Source: a virus. From it: DNA of 64,000 nucleotides. Below the pieces are notes generated by a model that was not told the origin of the DNA, did not search any database, and saw only the letters and a list, made by a program, of their open reading frames with translations. The DNA lies in IMG/VR virus record IMGVR_UViG_3300017727_001923, positions 33,406 to 97,405 of that record. One strand, 5' to 3'. Of the stretch, positions 8,239 to 16,996 are shown piece by piece. How positions within the stretch are numbered: position 1 is the first letter of the stretch; each line of letters starts with the position of its first letter. The position numbers were made by a program, and so were the translations under genes.

Positions 8239-9458
8239 TGAAGTTTAATGATTTTATAACAGAACAGAAAAACACTCACATGACCCACATTGAGGATAAG
8301 GTTCTCTATGGGGGTGTCAATGGTACACGTCAAGCAATCAATGCACTACGTGAACTCCGTGACATGTTATCTGGACAAACTGACTCTAAACTGTCCACAA
8401 AATGGGATGGCGCTCCCGCAATCTTCTGTGGTCAAGACCCTAGTGACGGAAACTTCTTTGTTGCGAAGAAAGGTATCTTTGCGAAGAATCCTAAAATCTA
8501 CAAGTCTGAAGCGGACATTAAAGCGGACATGAGTGGTGACCTTGCAGACAAGATGAGTCTTGCATTGAAACATCTACCAGAACTTGGTATTAAAGGTGTG
8601 ATTCAAGGAGACTTCTTGTTTTCAAAACCAGACGTTAGTACCGATACTATTGATGGTCAGAAGTATACAACCTTTCACCCGAATACAATCATCTATGCAA
8701 TACCCTATGACCAAGCGGATGCAGTCCGTAAAGCAAAGATTGGTATTGTATGGCATACCACATATACTGGTAAAGACTTTATGTCGATGAAAGCGACATA
8801 TGGTGTAAACGTGTCGAAATTTAAGAGTTCTGTAAACATATGGTCACAGGATGCAATGTTGCGTGATGTGTCTGGTGCGACTATGAATAAGAAAGAATCC
8901 GCAGAGGTAACCAAACATTTGTCCGATGCGGGTAAGATATTCAATAAGATATCTGGTTCTACTCTGCGTGAGTTAGAAAATAATAAAGACCTTGCAACCC
9001 TGATTGAACAGTACAATAACACTTTTGTGCGGAATCAAACTGTGATTGGCAACACTAATACGCACGTTCAAGGTCTAATCAAGTGGTTGAACGAAAAATT
9101 TAAGAAAGAAGCAGATAAACGTAGTACTGATAAAGGTAAGATGGTACAATTTAAGAAGTTAGAAGAGTTAATGAAGTTCTTCTCTCCAAGAAATAAAAAG
9201 AACTTAGTTGCAATGTTTGACTTACAAAAGAATATAGTTCTTGCAAAATTAAAACTTATAAATAAACTTAATAGCATAAGTTCATATGACACCTTTGTTC
9301 AGACCAAGAAAGGTTATAAGGTAAAGACTGGTGCAGAAGGATTTGTTGCTATTGACAAACTGGGTGGTGATGCGGTCAAGTTGGTTGACCGTCTTGAATT
9401 TTCATATAATAACTTCAGTCCAGATATACTGAAGGGATGGGATAAACCAAAGAGGTAA
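8238..9458 (+). CDS. RNA/DNA ligase-like nucleotidyltransferase (DUF6267-like)
   Basis: TKWDG (motif I), QGDFLF (III), EGFV (IV), VKLV (V); N-terminus MKFNDFITE. Confidence 0.65.
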   Translation: MKFNDFITEQKNTHMTHIEDKVLYGGVNGTRQAINALRELRDMLSGQTDSKLSTKWDGAPAIFCGQDPSDGNFFVAKKGIFAKNPKIYKSEADIKADMSGDLADKMSLALKHLPELGIKGVIQGDFLFSKPDVSTDTIDGQKYTTFHPNTIIYAIPYDQADAVRKAKIGIVWHTTYTGKDFMSMKATYGVNVSKFKSSVNIWSQDAMLRDVSGATMNKKESAEVTKHLSDAGKIFNKISGSTLRELENNKDLATLIEQYNNTFVRNQTVIGNTNTHVQGLIKWLNEKFKKEADKRSTDKGKMVQFKKLEELMKFFSPRNKKNLVAMFDLQKNIVLAKLKLINKLNSISSYDTFVQTKKGYKVKTGAEGFVAIDKLGGDAVKLVDRLEFSYNNFSPDILKGWDKPKR

Positions 9459-9461
9459 ACT

Positions 9462-9845
9462 ATGTCCAAACCAATAGGACTAAAAGAATTCTTAAAAATT
9501 CTAGAGCAACCAGACGAAGCGTTGAATATGCAACAACGTATGAAACTGGCACGTTCGCTCAAGAAGAATAAAGCAAAAATTGCAATGGGTCGCAAACGTG
9601 CGGCACGTAAAGTTGCATCTCCAGAGAAACTCAAAAAACGTGCAATGAAACAAGCACGTATGACTTTCCTCAAGAAAATCACTAAAGGTGCTGATAAGGG
9701 TGACCTATCTATGGGTCGTAGAGCATCAATTGAGAAACGCCTAGATAAGATGAAACCCAAAATACAGAAACTCGCAAAGAAATTACTTCCAAAAGTTCGT
9801 AAGGGTGAATTGGAACGTAAACGAGGTGGAAACAAAAGTGATTAA
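9462..9845 (+). CDS. highly basic hypothetical protein, probable internal head protein
   Basis: 127 aa, very K/R-rich; N-terminal LKEFLKILE. Confidence 0.65.
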   Translation: MSKPIGLKEFLKILEQPDEALNMQQRMKLARSLKKNKAKIAMGRKRAARKVASPEKLKKRAMKQARMTFLKKITKGADKGDLSMGRRASIEKRLDKMKPKIQKLAKKLLPKVRKGELERKRGGNKSD

Positions 9846-11226
9846 AGATTTTAAATCATATCTAGTCGAAGAGGCAAAAGAAGTTTATTTTACATTTGGT
9901 AGAATGAACCCGCCTACGATTGGACATGGAAAAGTATTAGATACTATAGCAAAAAAAGCAAAGGGTGCAGACTATAAAGTCTATGTATCCCAATCAACGG
10001 GCGCTAAAGACCCGTTGTCATATTCTGACAAAGTAAAACACCTACGTAAGATGTTACCAAAACATGGTCGTAATATCATGGTAGATAAAGGTGTAAGAAA
10101 TGTATTTGATATTGCTGCAAAATTGTATGACCAAGGATACAAAAAAATAACCATGGTAGTCGGTGAAGACCGTCTCCGTGAGTTTGAAGTATTGTTGAAC
10201 AAATACAACGGTAAGAAAGCACGTCATGGGTTCTATAACTTTGAATCAATCAATGTTGTATCTGCGGGAAGGAGAGACCCAGACGCAGAAGGTGTGGAAG
10301 GAATGTCTGCATCTAAACAACGTGCGAACGCAAAGGACAATGATTATCAAGCGTTTATTCAAGGTGTTCCATCTGGAATGTCTGACCGTGATACACGTAA
10401 GTTGTTCAATGATGTAAGGAAGGGGTTAGGTCTCAAGGAAGAGACATCTTTCAAACGTCATATTGAAATGGGTCATCTTTCAGAAACAAGAGAACAATTC
10501 GTCAAAGGTGAGTTGTTTGAACTTGGTGATACTGTTGTTATTAAAGAAAGCGAAGAGGTCGGTGTCATTACAGTCCTTGGTGCAAACTATGTCATTGTAG
10601 AATGTGGTGACAGAAAGATGCGTAAGTGGTTAGATGCAGTAGAATTAGTAGAGAAGAAAGCTGTACAAGACCCTGACATCAAAGACAAAGAAGGTACTCA
10701 ACCCGCCAAGTATCACAAGGGACTAAAGAAGTCTACTAAAAACAAACGTGACGCACACTTCAAGAAACATGGTAAGAAAGCAGACGATGATGAGTCTGCA
10801 TATAAGCCAGCGCCTGGCGATAAGACCGCAAAGACTAAACCATCCAAGTACACCAAAGCATTCAAAGACATGTATGACGAAGATTGTTGGGATGGGTACA
10901 AACAAGTTGGTATGAAGAAAAAAGGTAACAAGAGTGTTCCTAATTGCGTACCAGTAAATGAGTATGGCGGCCCTAAAATCTCCAAAGCAGATTACCTGAA
11001 GAAACAACGTAGTGGTATTACTATCTCTACATCCGAAAATGCGGGTGAAGAAGGAACAAATAAACTTCTCAAGAAGTACAAAAAAGATACTCCAATGGAA
11101 GATGCAGTCGCAAACGCAAAAGATAGAATCAAAGCAGAGAAGGAAAGGGACAAAAAGAAACATGATGGAATTCTTGACCGTGCCAGACTTGCTCGTGCAA
11201 AAGCAAAAAATAGGGAAACCAAGTGA
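9838..11226 (+). CDS. HxGH cytidylyltransferase/NMNAT-like nucleotidyltransferase with charged C-terminal extension
   Basis: FTFGRMNPPTIGH (HxGH-like), GMSASK (KMSKS-like); GTG start at 9838 with GAGGTGG SD; N-terminus MIKDFKSYLVEE. Confidence 0.8.
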   Translation: MIKDFKSYLVEEAKEVYFTFGRMNPPTIGHGKVLDTIAKKAKGADYKVYVSQSTGAKDPLSYSDKVKHLRKMLPKHGRNIMVDKGVRNVFDIAAKLYDQGYKKITMVVGEDRLREFEVLLNKYNGKKARHGFYNFESINVVSAGRRDPDAEGVEGMSASKQRANAKDNDYQAFIQGVPSGMSDRDTRKLFNDVRKGLGLKEETSFKRHIEMGHLSETREQFVKGELFELGDTVVIKESEEVGVITVLGANYVIVECGDRKMRKWLDAVELVEKKAVQDPDIKDKEGTQPAKYHKGLKKSTKNKRDAHFKKHGKKADDDESAYKPAPGDKTAKTKPSKYTKAFKDMYDEDCWDGYKQVGMKKKGNKSVPNCVPVNEYGGPKISKADYLKKQRSGITISTSENAGEEGTNKLLKKYKKDTPMEDAVANAKDRIKAEKERDKKKHDGILDRARLARAKAKNRETK

Positions 11227-11450
11227 ACAAATTTAATCAACATATCGAAGAAGGTGCGTTGGCAGACAAGTCCAAGAAGTCTGGTATCTCTGTAGACACT
11301 CTTCGCAAAGTTTATAATCGTGGTGTTGCCGCATGGAAGACTGGTCATAGGCCAGGCACTACCCCTCAACAATGGGGATATGCACGTGTGAACGCCTTCA
11401 TAGTAAAGAAGAAAAAAGGTGGGTTGAACCACGATAAGGATTTAGCGTAA
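11223..11450 (+). CDS. small conserved phage protein (DUF5824-like), CTS-like N-terminus
   Basis: MNKFNQHIEEG; LRKVYNRGVAAWKTGHRPG..PQQWGYARVNAF. Confidence 0.7.
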   Translation: MNKFNQHIEEGALADKSKKSGISVDTLRKVYNRGVAAWKTGHRPGTTPQQWGYARVNAFIVKKKKGGLNHDKDLA

Positions 11451-12637
11451 TGAAAACATTAGAACAAATACTCGAAGGTAAAGACTTCGAACCTCATATG
11501 ATGTATGACCCAAAGACTGGTAAAGGTTACAAGGCAGAAAAACCTGAAGACCATGAACGTATGAAGAAGATGGGATACTCTCACGAGAAACCAGAAGTCA
11601 AAGAAGACTTAAAAGAAGAGATGATTTCTTACAGAGTTAAGAAGATGCAGAAACCTGAAGAAGATAAGTTTCAAAAATCTGCTAAGATGATGGGTTTAAA
11701 GTATACTAGTAATAAAGGTAGAGACGATACAGTAATCGTTATAAGTGGCACTAAAAAGAAACTCAGAGACTTTGATTCAGTAGTTAGAGGCAAATCATCA
11801 TACGGTGACCCTTCAACAATCAAACATTTTGACGAAGGTTCGTTCTGGGGTCAAGACAAAATGGCAAAATCTATAGACAAAAAGATGTCAAAGACTCATG
11901 TCAGACTTACAAGAGACAGTAAGGGTGGATACGAAAGAGCGACAATACCTAAGAAAGACAAAAAGAAAATTGCACAAATGAAGAAAGACGGATACAAAAT
12001 AGACCCTACGTTTTCTAAAGAGTCTTTAGATGAACAACACCAAGAAGCATTAGATATGTTGCAAGAAAACTACAGAACTCTTGCACGTAAAGGTATGGGT
12101 ACTGAGACTAAGAAGGATGCACGAGTAGGTTTGGAGTTAGATTTCTATGAGACTGAACGTGGTGACAAAGTATTCGGTAAGATTATCAAAGTAACTGGTA
12201 CTGGATACACTGTACAAGCAATGGAACGTGGTAATAGTAAGAAGTATACCTTCAAGTTCCATGACCGTGCAAAAGCAAAGAAACTTCTTGAAGCAAGAGA
12301 CTTCATGGAAAACTACCGTGCAAAACGTGATGCAATGAGAGATATGCCTAAACGTGGAAAAGACTCTGCGGATGATGACATTGAAGCGAATGACGATGAC
12401 CGTAAAGCTGCATCTAAGAATGTTCTTATGCAAATCCGTAAAGCATCTGACCTACCTAAAGGTGGCCCGATTGAATTTGAAGGTGGTAAGAAAGGTAAGA
12501 TTTCACAAGACGATGCAAAGAAAATATCTAAACTATTTGATATATTAAAGAAACCATCTGACAAACAAAAGTTTCAGAAAGTAATATCAAAAGACTTGAG
12601 AAGTATTCAAGCACTATTAAAAAGGTTAGGTAAATGA
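11450..12637 (+). CDS. charged hypothetical protein, probable processed internal head protein
   Basis: MKTLEQILE; several internal (L/M)xE sites (DLKEE, MLQEN, KLLEA, FMEN). Confidence 0.65.
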   Translation: MKTLEQILEGKDFEPHMMYDPKTGKGYKAEKPEDHERMKKMGYSHEKPEVKEDLKEEMISYRVKKMQKPEEDKFQKSAKMMGLKYTSNKGRDDTVIVISGTKKKLRDFDSVVRGKSSYGDPSTIKHFDEGSFWGQDKMAKSIDKKMSKTHVRLTRDSKGGYERATIPKKDKKKIAQMKKDGYKIDPTFSKESLDEQHQEALDMLQENYRTLARKGMGTETKKDARVGLELDFYETERGDKVFGKIIKVTGTGYTVQAMERGNSKKYTFKFHDRAKAKKLLEARDFMENYRAKRDAMRDMPKRGKDSADDDIEANDDDRKAASKNVLMQIRKASDLPKGGPIEFEGGKKGKISQDDAKKISKLFDILKKPSDKQKFQKVISKDLRSIQALLKRLGK

Positions 12638-12843
12638 AAGATTTAAAGAATTTTATGGAAGCAAAAAAGATGAAAGGACTGAGTCTTTATGGTTCTGAAA
12701 TATCGAACATAAAAGGAAAAGACGGTAAACTATATAATGCAAAACCCGTACTTATGGGTGGTAAATTATCATATAGAGTTGAAGACCAATTTGGTAAATT
12801 TGAAACTCTTCCGTTAAAAAAATTCGCTGCTAAGTTCGGTTAG
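12634..12843 (+). CDS. small basic protein, CTS-like N-terminus
   Basis: MKDLKNFMEA; ATGA overlap. Confidence 0.7.
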   Translation: MKDLKNFMEAKKMKGLSLYGSEISNIKGKDGKLYNAKPVLMGGKLSYRVEDQFGKFETLPLKKFAAKFG

Positions 12844-13098
12844 ATGAAAAAGTTTAGTGCATTCTCTACAATCTATGAGGAAGAAAAACGTCTTCATAAA
12901 TTAAAAGAAAAAAGTATGTTAATTACTGGAGATGACCACGCCCTAGATATAGTTCTAGGAGACTTAAAAAAGAAAATGTTTAATAACATTCGACATAACA
13001 AAATGGGTTTTGTGAATGGTATTGCAAAGATGGTAAGATATAAGTTGGATAAGGCTAAGCAACAAAAAGGTAAAGTGGCACTAGTGCCGATTAAATAG
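12844..13098 (+). CDS. small basic protein, CTS-like N-terminus
   Basis: MKKFSAFSTIYEEE. Confidence 0.65.
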   Translation: MKKFSAFSTIYEEEKRLHKLKEKSMLITGDDHALDIVLGDLKKKMFNNIRHNKMGFVNGIAKMVRYKLDKAKQQKGKVALVPIK

Positions 13099-13099
13099 T

Positions 13100-13840
13100 A
13101 TGCCTAGAAATTATAAAAAAGAATATGAGAATTATCATTCTCGACCTGACCAAAAGAAAAGACGTGCAGCACGTAATGCCGCTCGTAAAATGCTAAAGGG
13201 AAGAAAAGAACTTACCGATGAGAAAGATGTTCATCATAAGGATAATGACCCATTAAACAACGATAAATCTAATCTCTCTATTGTATCACAAAAGTATAAC
13301 AGAAGAGAACCTAGATTGAGGACTGAAATGAAAACATTTAGTGACCACTGTAAATGTGGACACGAATCTGGACTAGTAGAGAGTAATCTTTACAGAGTAG
13401 GTTCAGAAGCGTATTTTAAATACTGGAGAGACATTCGAGAAGAGTGGGAAAAAGGTAACGTAATGATTGAACCATCTGAAGTGGAAATCATGGAAGGTGA
13501 CCTTGGTAAATTCGCACGTTTTAATAATGAGAATGTTGCACTAGATTGTATCTTCGAAGAGGAGAAACAACCAGAACTAAACAAACCAAAAGCGGGTGGG
13601 CCGAAGAAATACTATGTGTATGTCAAAGACCCCTCTTCTGGTAATATTAAAAAAGTATCTTGGGGTGACACCACTGGACTCAAAGTCAAGTTGAGTGACC
13701 CGAAGGCACGTAAGTCATTTGCTGCAAGACATGATTGTGCAAATAAGACAGACAAAACAAAAGCGGGATACTGGGCATGTAGATTGCCTAGATATGCTAA
13801 ACAATTAGGATTAAGTGGTGGAGGAAATTTCTTTTGGTAA
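13100..13840 (+). CDS. HNH-like N-terminal domain fused to DUF6321-like phage domain
   Basis: KDVHHKDNDPLNNDKSNL (HNH); GGPKKYYVYVKDP..KKVSWGD..ARHDC..YWAC C-terminus. Confidence 0.7.
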   Translation: MPRNYKKEYENYHSRPDQKKRRAARNAARKMLKGRKELTDEKDVHHKDNDPLNNDKSNLSIVSQKYNRREPRLRTEMKTFSDHCKCGHESGLVESNLYRVGSEAYFKYWRDIREEWEKGNVMIEPSEVEIMEGDLGKFARFNNENVALDCIFEEEKQPELNKPKAGGPKKYYVYVKDPSSGNIKKVSWGDTTGLKVKLSDPKARKSFAARHDCANKTDKTKAGYWACRLPRYAKQLGLSGGGNFFW

Positions 13841-14103
13841 AACCTTATACTGAGTTGAAGTGTAGTAATGGTAAGATAAGGGTTTTTAGGGAAAATGTCA
13901 AAGAAGAAGATTTAATCTGGCACAGAGATTTAAAAGATAGAAGTGTACATGTACTGGAAGGTCATGGATGGTGTTTACAGAAGGATAACGAAGTACCACT
14001 TGACCTGTTAGAAGGACATACTTACAGTATTAACAAGATGGAATATCATCGTGTTATTAAAGGTAAAGGTGATTTGGTTATTAGAATATATGAAGGTACT
14101 TAA
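13834..14103 (+). CDS. small cupin-like protein
   Basis: LIWHRD.KDR.VHVLEG.GW...YHRVIKG. Confidence 0.6.
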   Translation: MVKPYTELKCSNGKIRVFRENVKEEDLIWHRDLKDRSVHVLEGHGWCLQKDNEVPLDLLEGHTYSINKMEYHRVIKGKGDLVIRIYEGT

Positions 14104-14782
14104 TGTAATTTATCGTGGTGGGGCTGGTGGTGAATTTTTTGGTGGACTCTTACAAGAACTTGAAGAGATTGCAACCAAAGAAATCATAACTAATCCTGAG
14201 ACGGAAAGATGGTTTTTGAAGAGAGAAGATTACCAGTCACATGAAATAGAAGTGACCAGAGGGAATCCTAGAGAAGTTCAGAAACCAAAATGGGATAAAG
14301 ACTTGTGGAATGTTAGACTAGACCACGGGTATGGATTCCCAATTAATCAAGAGTTCTGGACAGAGTATTGTTGGAACGATTGGGATGAGACGAAGACTAT
14401 TGTGTTCCTCTCAAAAACTAGAGAAAGTTTGGATTATACTCAACAACTTGCAAAGTGTAAGTTAGTTAGAGATGAAGACAGAGAAGCTGGTATGAATATG
14501 ATTAAGGATGGTATTCTTGCTCATGACCAGTTTTGGAATAGACCGTGGGAATCACAGGCAGAGATGTTTGCGATGTGGATGGATACAATACCCACAGAAC
14601 ATTCCATGTTATTGGTTGACCCTTGTGAGTTGTTTTTTAATAACAAGGATGATACCAAGACAGAATTAAAGAGAGTCAGTGAATATTTGGGTATGAAAAT
14701 ACCAAGTAACTGGCAAAATAAGGTAGAAAGTTATAGAGTTAGAAATCAAACTCTTATAAATAACACTATAACTTACATTTGA
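14090..14782 (+). CDS. sulfotransferase-like (P-loop fold) hypothetical protein
   Basis: VIYRGGAGGEFF N-terminal loop; RLDH. Confidence 0.45.
   Translation: MKVLNVIYRGGAGGEFFGGLLQELEEIATKEIITNPETERWFLKREDYQSHEIEVTRGNPREVQKPKWDKDLWNVRLDHGYGFPINQEFWTEYCWNDWDETKTIVFLSKTRESLDYTQQLAKCKLVRDEDREAGMNMIKDGILAHDQFWNRPWESQAEMFAMWMDTIPTEHSMLLVDPCELFFNNKDDTKTELKRVSEYLGMKIPSNWQNKVESYRVRNQTLINNTITYI
14755..14762 (+). promoter_or_regulatory. T4-type late promoter
   Basis: TATAAATA upstream of 14795. Confidence 0.7.
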
Positions 14783-14794
14783 TGGGAACAAGTA

Positions 14795-15109
14795 ATGCCA
14801 CAAGAAACGCAATCAGCTAAACTTACTAGAATAGAAGTAGAATCTAGCAACAGGTTTGACCGAATTGAGAACAAAATCGACAAGCTTGCTGAGGCATTAG
14901 TAGCACTTGCTCGTGTCGAGGAAAAGATGATATCAGTGGAACAGAACAATAGTAATAACTTCGACAGAATGAATCGTTTCTCTCAGAAGTTAGATGAGAT
15001 AGAAAAAAAGGTTGATGCAAATGCAGCAACTGTTTCAATAATTAACAAAGTAGTTTATTTAATAAGTGCGGCAATAATTGCTAGTGCTGTAAAATTCTTT
15101 TGGATGTAG
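14795..15109 (+). CDS. coiled-coil protein with C-terminal transmembrane helix
   Basis: Heptad-like RFDRIENKIDKLAE; hydrophobic C-terminus. Confidence 0.7.
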   Translation: MPQETQSAKLTRIEVESSNRFDRIENKIDKLAEALVALARVEEKMISVEQNNSNNFDRMNRFSQKLDEIEKKVDANAATVSIINKVVYLISAAIIASAVKFFWM

Positions 15110-15120
15110 GAGAACATAAC

Positions 15121-16365
15121 ATGAGAACTAAAGATATGAAATCGCTAATGGATGCCTACAACCAAGTCATCCTCGGTGAATCAGTAGAAATTGACGAAGC
15201 ACGTCAAATGAAAGACCCTAAGAAAGACTCTATGGTCTCTAAGGGTGGTAAAACAATCGTAATCGATAAGTCAAAAGAGAAAGAATACCTCAAGAAAGGT
15301 TGGTCTCTCGCAGAGAAGAAGAAACTTGACCCTGTCGATGACAAAGCAAACGATAAGAAATTCAAAGACCGTAAAGACAAAGACATCGACAATGATGGTG
15401 ATGTAGATAGTTCTGACGAATATCTTCACAAAAGACGTAAAGCAACCGATGATGCAATCGATGGTGGTAAAAAACCTGCTAAGAACGAAGGTAAAAGAGG
15501 TTTTATCAAAGCTGCTAAAGACGCAAAAGCAAAAGGTGAAAAAGACTTTATGTTTGCGGGTAAGAAATACAATTGCGAAGATGCATTGAACGGAGACGAA
15601 GAAGAGTCCGAAGATAAACCTAAGAAGAAGAATCCTTTTCCACCTAAGAAAGACGGTGAAGAAAAAGATGAGAAAGATTCTGAAGATAAGGATGATGACA
15701 AAGAGTCCGATGACGAAGAAGAGAAAGAAGTACCTAAAGTAGCTGGTAAGAAAGATGACAAGAAGAAAGTTGCATCTAATGCCAAGACTGCCGAAATCTC
15801 TAAGATTGGTGAAAACTCTGCGGATGCAAAAGCGGCTGGTGTTGGAAGAACAGGTGAGACTTACAGAGACAGAATGAAAAGATTAGGTAAGACACAATCT
15901 GAATCATTAGACTTAGTTGATGCAATTAAAGACCTACATAAGATGTGGGAAAGTGCTGCAAAGAAGAGTGTTAAAGGTGCTACAGATAAGGGTGAAGAGA
16001 TTGATTCTAAACAGTCACCTAAGTCTAAAGAATTTGACAACGCTCATGATAAGTCTGATAAGAAAGTTGAAGACAATGTCGAAGATGCAAAAAAGAAAAA
16101 CAAAGTTGCTCAAGACGCAACTAAGGCAAAGTCTGGTAAACGTCCTGTAGACCACGAAGTTGGTGACAAGAATGTTGTTAAGTCTACCGAAGTTAAGGAA
16201 GACGCAGAACAAATAGTTAAACAAGCACAGGATATCATTCAAGGTAAGACTATGTCTGAGATTGCTGACTTAAACTCTGAGAAACCAAAGAATCCTCATG
16301 ATGCACGTACTAGAGAAGCAAAAGCATTCTTGAAACGTATGGCTAAGAAACAAGGTACAGTATAA
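15121..16365 (+). CDS. highly charged (K/D/E-rich) probable head core/internal protein
   Basis: AGGAG SD; low-complexity charged sequence; DIDNDGDVDSSD EF-hand/dockerin-like loop. Confidence 0.65.
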   Translation: MRTKDMKSLMDAYNQVILGESVEIDEARQMKDPKKDSMVSKGGKTIVIDKSKEKEYLKKGWSLAEKKKLDPVDDKANDKKFKDRKDKDIDNDGDVDSSDEYLHKRRKATDDAIDGGKKPAKNEGKRGFIKAAKDAKAKGEKDFMFAGKKYNCEDALNGDEEESEDKPKKKNPFPPKKDGEEKDEKDSEDKDDDKESDDEEEKEVPKVAGKKDDKKKVASNAKTAEISKIGENSADAKAAGVGRTGETYRDRMKRLGKTQSESLDLVDAIKDLHKMWESAAKKSVKGATDKGEEIDSKQSPKSKEFDNAHDKSDKKVEDNVEDAKKKNKVAQDATKAKSGKRPVDHEVGDKNVVKSTEVKEDAEQIVKQAQDIIQGKTMSEIADLNSEKPKNPHDARTREAKAFLKRMAKKQGTV

Positions 16366-16625
16366 TGATTGTATTACAAGGAACTCAAGCTGCATGTGGT
16401 ACAACCAGTGGTGCAGCATCAACTTTCGGTGACGCAAGTGCAGTAAGACTATTTAATAGTGGTACTACAATTCGTCTAATTACGTTAGAAAAGGCAGATG
16501 GTACTGATATAGGTACTATCTCCTTAAACGCAAAAGCGGAGATAACATTACGTAAATCTCCTACTGATAAAATATTCGCTGCAAATGCCGAAGTACTTGG
16601 TGTCGCAGTCGGATTTTCATACTAA
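16365..16625 (+). CDS. hypothetical (possibly structural) protein
   Basis: 86 aa, A/T/G-rich, TAATG-coupled. Confidence 0.65.
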   Translation: MIVLQGTQAACGTTSGAASTFGDASAVRLFNSGTTIRLITLEKADGTDIGTISLNAKAEITLRKSPTDKIFAANAEVLGVAVGFSY

Positions 16626-16641
16626 AAGAAGGTAAAATATT

Positions 16642-16986
16642 ATGACAATTAAAGCTCCCGCATGGTGCGAAAACGCAGTTCCTACTGCAAATGGATGGGA
16701 AGACCCTGATACAGGTGAATTATATGCATCTGGTGGATTCACTCCAGACCAAATTGCAGAGTTCCACGGAACTCCCCCTGCCCCTAAAGTCTTAAAAGAA
16801 GCACCTCCAGTGAATGATTTTGTAAAGACTCCAACAATGCTTCATGAAGCACCTGTTGGTGGTAAGTCTCTAGAAGAGATGACTAAACTTGAATTAGAAG
16901 CACTTGGACGTACTCACGGTATTGAATTAGACCGTAGAAAATCTAAAGCAGACCTAATAGACGAAGTGAATGCAGTCATAGATTAG
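16642..16986 (+). CDS. hypothetical protein with C-terminal Rho-N/HeH-like motif
   Basis: LEEMTKLELEALGRTHGIELDRRKSKADLI. Confidence 0.65.
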   Translation: MTIKAPAWCENAVPTANGWEDPDTGELYASGGFTPDQIAEFHGTPPAPKVLKEAPPVNDFVKTPTMLHEAPVGGKSLEEMTKLELEALGRTHGIELDRRKSKADLIDEVNAVID

Positions 16987-16996
16987 TAGATTTATT

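Noticed and set aside
9314-16242. Many minus-strand ORFs rich in F/L/S (e.g. 9314-9835, 15426-15785)
   Set aside because: Mirror of Lys/Glu-rich plus-strand genes (AAG/GAA codons give stop-poor antisense frames).
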